From contig SUPR01000099.1 of assembly GCA_005191425.1 (NCBI GenBank), positions 1 to 12,195 on the forward strand: a stretch of 12,195 bases of DNA, written 5' to 3'. The translations under genes were made by a program, and so were the position numbers. The stretch is from Candidatus Helarchaeota ASGARD archaeon Hel_GB_B. GTDB lineage: Archaea > Asgardarchaeota > Lokiarchaeia > Helarchaeales > HEL-GB-B. Each line of letters begins with the position of its first letter. Position 1 is the stretch's first letter. The notes below the pieces were generated by a model. It was given only the letters and a program-made list of their open reading frames with translations, made no database searches and was not told where the DNA came from. Below are positions 7,216 to 12,195 of this stretch, in pieces.

Positions 7216-7867
7216 TTTGGTCATCATCGGTCAGATAAAACGATTTAAGTCCATATTGTAGTGATATTTTATGTAATGCCATTGAACAGAACCTGGTACC
7301 ATGTCCTACTTCAATTATAACTTCATGTGTAGGTAATATTTTTCTTATATGCTCATCAATTATTTTTAAGACAGTTTTATAATCAAATAAATAATTATCT
7401 TGAATAAATTCGACTTTTACATTATCGAAAAATCCAGCTATTCTTCCCCTCATTCTTGAACTAGTAAAAAATAAGAATTTTTCAGGTCTGAATTGTCTAT
7501 TTAATTTAAATTTCATTCGCAGTTGTAAATGTACTCTTGGGTCATCTCCAATAAACCCAACACAAGTTATAGGAGCAATAACTCGGAAATAATTTCGTAA
7601 TGGTTGAATCCATTCAGGGTTTAATTTTGCATACTTGTCTTTCCATTCTCGATAGGAATGAATATAACCTGCATTTTCTAGAGCTTGAAGGTTAAAATAA
7701 ATTAGGGCGTCCGAAACACCATTTATACGTCTATCAAATGCGTCTGCTAATGCTCTCCTCAAGTCGGAACCTTTTTTAGGAACACCTTCAAGTAAAGTTT
7801 GTAGTATTACTTTTCTTGCTTGGACGCCTTTTATAACTTGCTCAATTTCTTTACTTAAATCCTTCAA
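7196..7867 (-). CDS. Winged-HTH plus CARF-like Rossmann domain protein (putative ligand-sensing transcription regulator)
   Basis: 223 aa, TTG start. Residues ~15-85 look like a wHTH (RKVILQTLL...DALIYFNLQALENAGYI). Residues ~99-223 look like CARF (ITCVGFIG, PEKFLFFTS, VIIEVGHGTR..SMAL...SFYL). Confidence 0.7.
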   Translation of the reverse strand: MKDLSKEIEQVIKGVQARKVILQTLLEGVPKKGSDLRRALADAFDRRINGVSDALIYFNLQALENAGYIHSYREWKDKYAKLNPEWIQPLRNYFRVIAPITCVGFIGDDPRVHLQLRMKFKLNRQFRPEKFLFFTSSRMRGRIAGFFDNVKVEFIQDNYLFDYKTVLKIIDEHIRKILPTHEVIIEVGHGTRFCSMALHKISLQYGLKSFYLTDDDQIIWIDE

Positions 7868-8071
7868 TATTCTAGAAACCCTTTTTATTATTAAGAATTG
7901 AACGAGTCGTATTAAAATCTAATTTTTAATTATGAAATTAATTATTAGGTAGTAATAAAACATTATATTCATATTATTTATTATATTTGTTTCCTATAAA
8001 TCTTTTATAATTTATAATTTTCAATTCATTTAATGCAAATTTAAATAAAACAAATTTTATTAGAAAATGAA

Positions 8072-10339
<2,268 letters not shown>

Positions 10340-10383
10340 TCAATAATTATTAAAATTTTAGACAATTTTATACGAAAAATTTT

Positions 10384-10411
10384 TTAACTTTATGTGATTA
10401 ACTTTGTGTGA
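10384..10411. promoter_or_regulatory. Tandem 14-bp repeat, candidate heat-shock repressor operator (TAAC-N5-GTGA x2)
   Basis: TTAACTTTATGTGA (10384-10397) and TTAACTTTGTGTGA (10398-10411) differ at one position. Each is a TNAC-N5-GTNA dyad. The pair lies between the divergent cdc48 and ArsR-type genes. Confidence 0.6.
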
Positions 10412-10491
10412 CAAAAATAAAAAGTTTATGGAATTATTTTAATTATTTATATTTTTTATACATTGAATTAATTGAGAGAATATGACAAAAA

Positions 10492-11073
10492 ATGTCTGAA
10501 AAAGATATATGGAAAAGAGCCAAAAAGTTATTAGAAATATTAGGAAATGAAACCAGAATAGAGATTCTTAGATTACTTTCTCAAAAACAATGCTATGTTA
10601 GCGAAATTTCCAGAGAACTAGATGTTGGGCAGCAAGCGATACTCAGACATCTAAAATTGTTGAGTGAATTCAATTTTCTTGAGTCTTTTGAAGAGCAAAT
10701 AGAAGATGAAAACCGTGGTAGAGGCAGAAAGAGAAAATATTATACATTATCAGAAGATTTTCCATTTAAAAAATTTTTAATTGATTTCAGTGAAGAACAC
10801 TTTAGTATTCAACTACAAGATGACCAAAACTTAAAGGAATTTTCCGATTCACAAGATTCACTATTAGAATCATGGCCTGGACTAAAATTTTACGAAAGAG
10901 AACTGGCACAAATAAATAATATTAGAAATCCTGTTGAGAAACTAAAATATGTTGTAGACTTAATGGACAGGCTTAGAGATGAATATGACAAACACCAGAT
11001 AGCAATACAATATATAAGCAAACTTTTGACAAAATTAGATAAGTTAAAAGAAGATATTAAGTCAAATATATAA
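10492..11073 (+). CDS. ArsR-family wHTH transcription regulator, Phr/HSR1-like heat-shock repressor candidate
   Basis: 193 aa. LGNETRIEILRLL...YVSEISREL.VGQQAILRHL..L and wing GRGRKRKYY, with a helical coiled-coil-like C-terminus. Divergent from cdc48. Confidence 0.85.
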   Translation: MSEKDIWKRAKKLLEILGNETRIEILRLLSQKQCYVSEISRELDVGQQAILRHLKLLSEFNFLESFEEQIEDENRGRGRKRKYYTLSEDFPFKKFLIDFSEEHFSIQLQDDQNLKEFSDSQDSLLESWPGLKFYERELAQINNIRNPVEKLKYVVDLMDRLRDEYDKHQIAIQYISKLLTKLDKLKEDIKSNI

Positions 11074-11098
11074 ATAAAAATTGATAAAATAAGAAAAA

Positions 11099-12124
11099 TT
11101 ATTGAATTTTAGTAAGTACTTTAATCTCCTCATGTTCCAATTGGGAGAGTATTTTAAACATTTCGGGGACTTCTTCTAATTTGATAATTTTTGTTATTAA
11201 GGGCTTAACATTTATTTTTCGTTTCTCAAGCAATGTGATTGTGTCAGTAAATGTATCATTTGTATAAGAAAATACGCCTCTAATACTGATATTTTTCAAT
11301 AATAGTTGTAGAAATCCTTCCACTTGAAATGGCTCTACATGTATTCCAATAAAGGTGATGTGTCCTCCTTTCTTGACAATTTTCATTGTATTATTTATAG
11401 TCTGAGGAATTGCTACACAATCAAATACATGGTCTGCGCCTATTTTTTTGGTAAATTTACTTATTTTTGACCAATTTTTAGGGTTTAAAACGACATCTGC
11501 CCCTACTTCTAATGCTTTCTTTTGTTTTGACTCAACTGGCTCTATAACTATTATTTTTCCAGCTCCAGCTGCATTTAATACTTGAATTGTCAAAAGTCCG
11601 ATTGTACCAGCTCCTATCACCACTGCATTTTCACCTAATTTAATACCTGATTCCTGTACAGCATATGTCGCGACCGCAAGCGGTTCTACCATCGCACCCT
11701 CTTCATAACTTATATTATCAGGTAATTTATGGAGTCTATCTTCTTTTACTTTAATATATTCTGCAAGTGCTCCATTATGCGTTAGTCCAAGTCCGTAAGA
11801 ATCTTTGCACATATTTTCTTGGTCATGTATACACCAATAACATTTACCACAAGGCAAATTTGGATTTGCAGTTACTCTTGTCCCTATTTTAATTTTTTTA
11901 ACTTTATCTCCCACCTCAATAACATCCCCCGAAAATTCGTGCCCTAAAATAATCCCAGTTAACATTAAAGCTCCCGTTTCGTAAGATTCAATATCACTAC
12001 CACAAATTCCGCAATATTTTACTTTGACCAGAACTTCATCCGGCTTCAATTCGGGCTTGGATAGATCTGTCTTAAATTTAATATTATGGGGCTCTTTAAA
12101 ATATATTCCTTTCATTATTCTCAC
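11099..12124 (-). CDS. Zn-dependent medium-chain dehydrogenase (sorbitol/threonine/butanediol dehydrogenase-like)
   Basis: 341 aa. CGICGSD, GHEFSG, structural Zn site CGKCYWC-x7-C, EPLAVA and NAD-binding GAGTIG. The listed start is GTG; the ATG at 12115 is equally likely. Confidence 0.93.
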   Translation of the reverse strand: MRIMKGIYFKEPHNIKFKTDLSKPELKPDEVLVKVKYCGICGSDIESYETGALMLTGIILGHEFSGDVIEVGDKVKKIKIGTRVTANPNLPCGKCYWCIHDQENMCKDSYGLGLTHNGALAEYIKVKEDRLHKLPDNISYEEGAMVEPLAVATYAVQESGIKLGENAVVIGAGTIGLLTIQVLNAAGAGKIIVIEPVESKQKKALEVGADVVLNPKNWSKISKFTKKIGADHVFDCVAIPQTINNTMKIVKKGGHITFIGIHVEPFQVEGFLQLLLKNISIRGVFSYTNDTFTDTITLLEKRKINVKPLITKIIKLEEVPEMFKILSQLEHEEIKVLTKIQ

Positions 12125-12195
12125 TATTATAATTAAACTCTGCTGTTTTAAAAAAATAAAGGTTTTTATAGTATTCCCATATTACCCATTAACTT

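Overview
AT-rich archaeal window (Cgi121, Cdc48/VAT, stand-alone THUMP, AIP-synthase-like gene). An Asgard/Lokiarchaeia-type origin is an inference from gene content and low GC, not proven. It holds 12 convincing CDSs: an NDP-forming acyl-CoA synthetase alpha-type subunit, a GNAT, a tRNA-modification cluster (cgi121, THUMP, single-domain tsaC), a nucleotidyltransferase / CDP-alcohol phosphotransferase / ComB-like phosphatase operon, a wHTH-CARF-like regulator, cdc48, a divergent Phr/HSR1-like ArsR regulator and a Zn-dependent dehydrogenase. The most notable observations are: (1) an unassigned ~330-nt GC-enriched non-coding region at ~340-690 with nested long-range helices; (2) an orphan regulator with reversed wHTH-CARF domain order and no cas genes in the window; (3) a tandem heat-shock-operator-like repeat between cdc48 and its regulator; (4) an operon that may pair a ComB-like phosphatase with inositol-phosphodiester synthesis. 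All folds and family calls were made by eye, without database searches.
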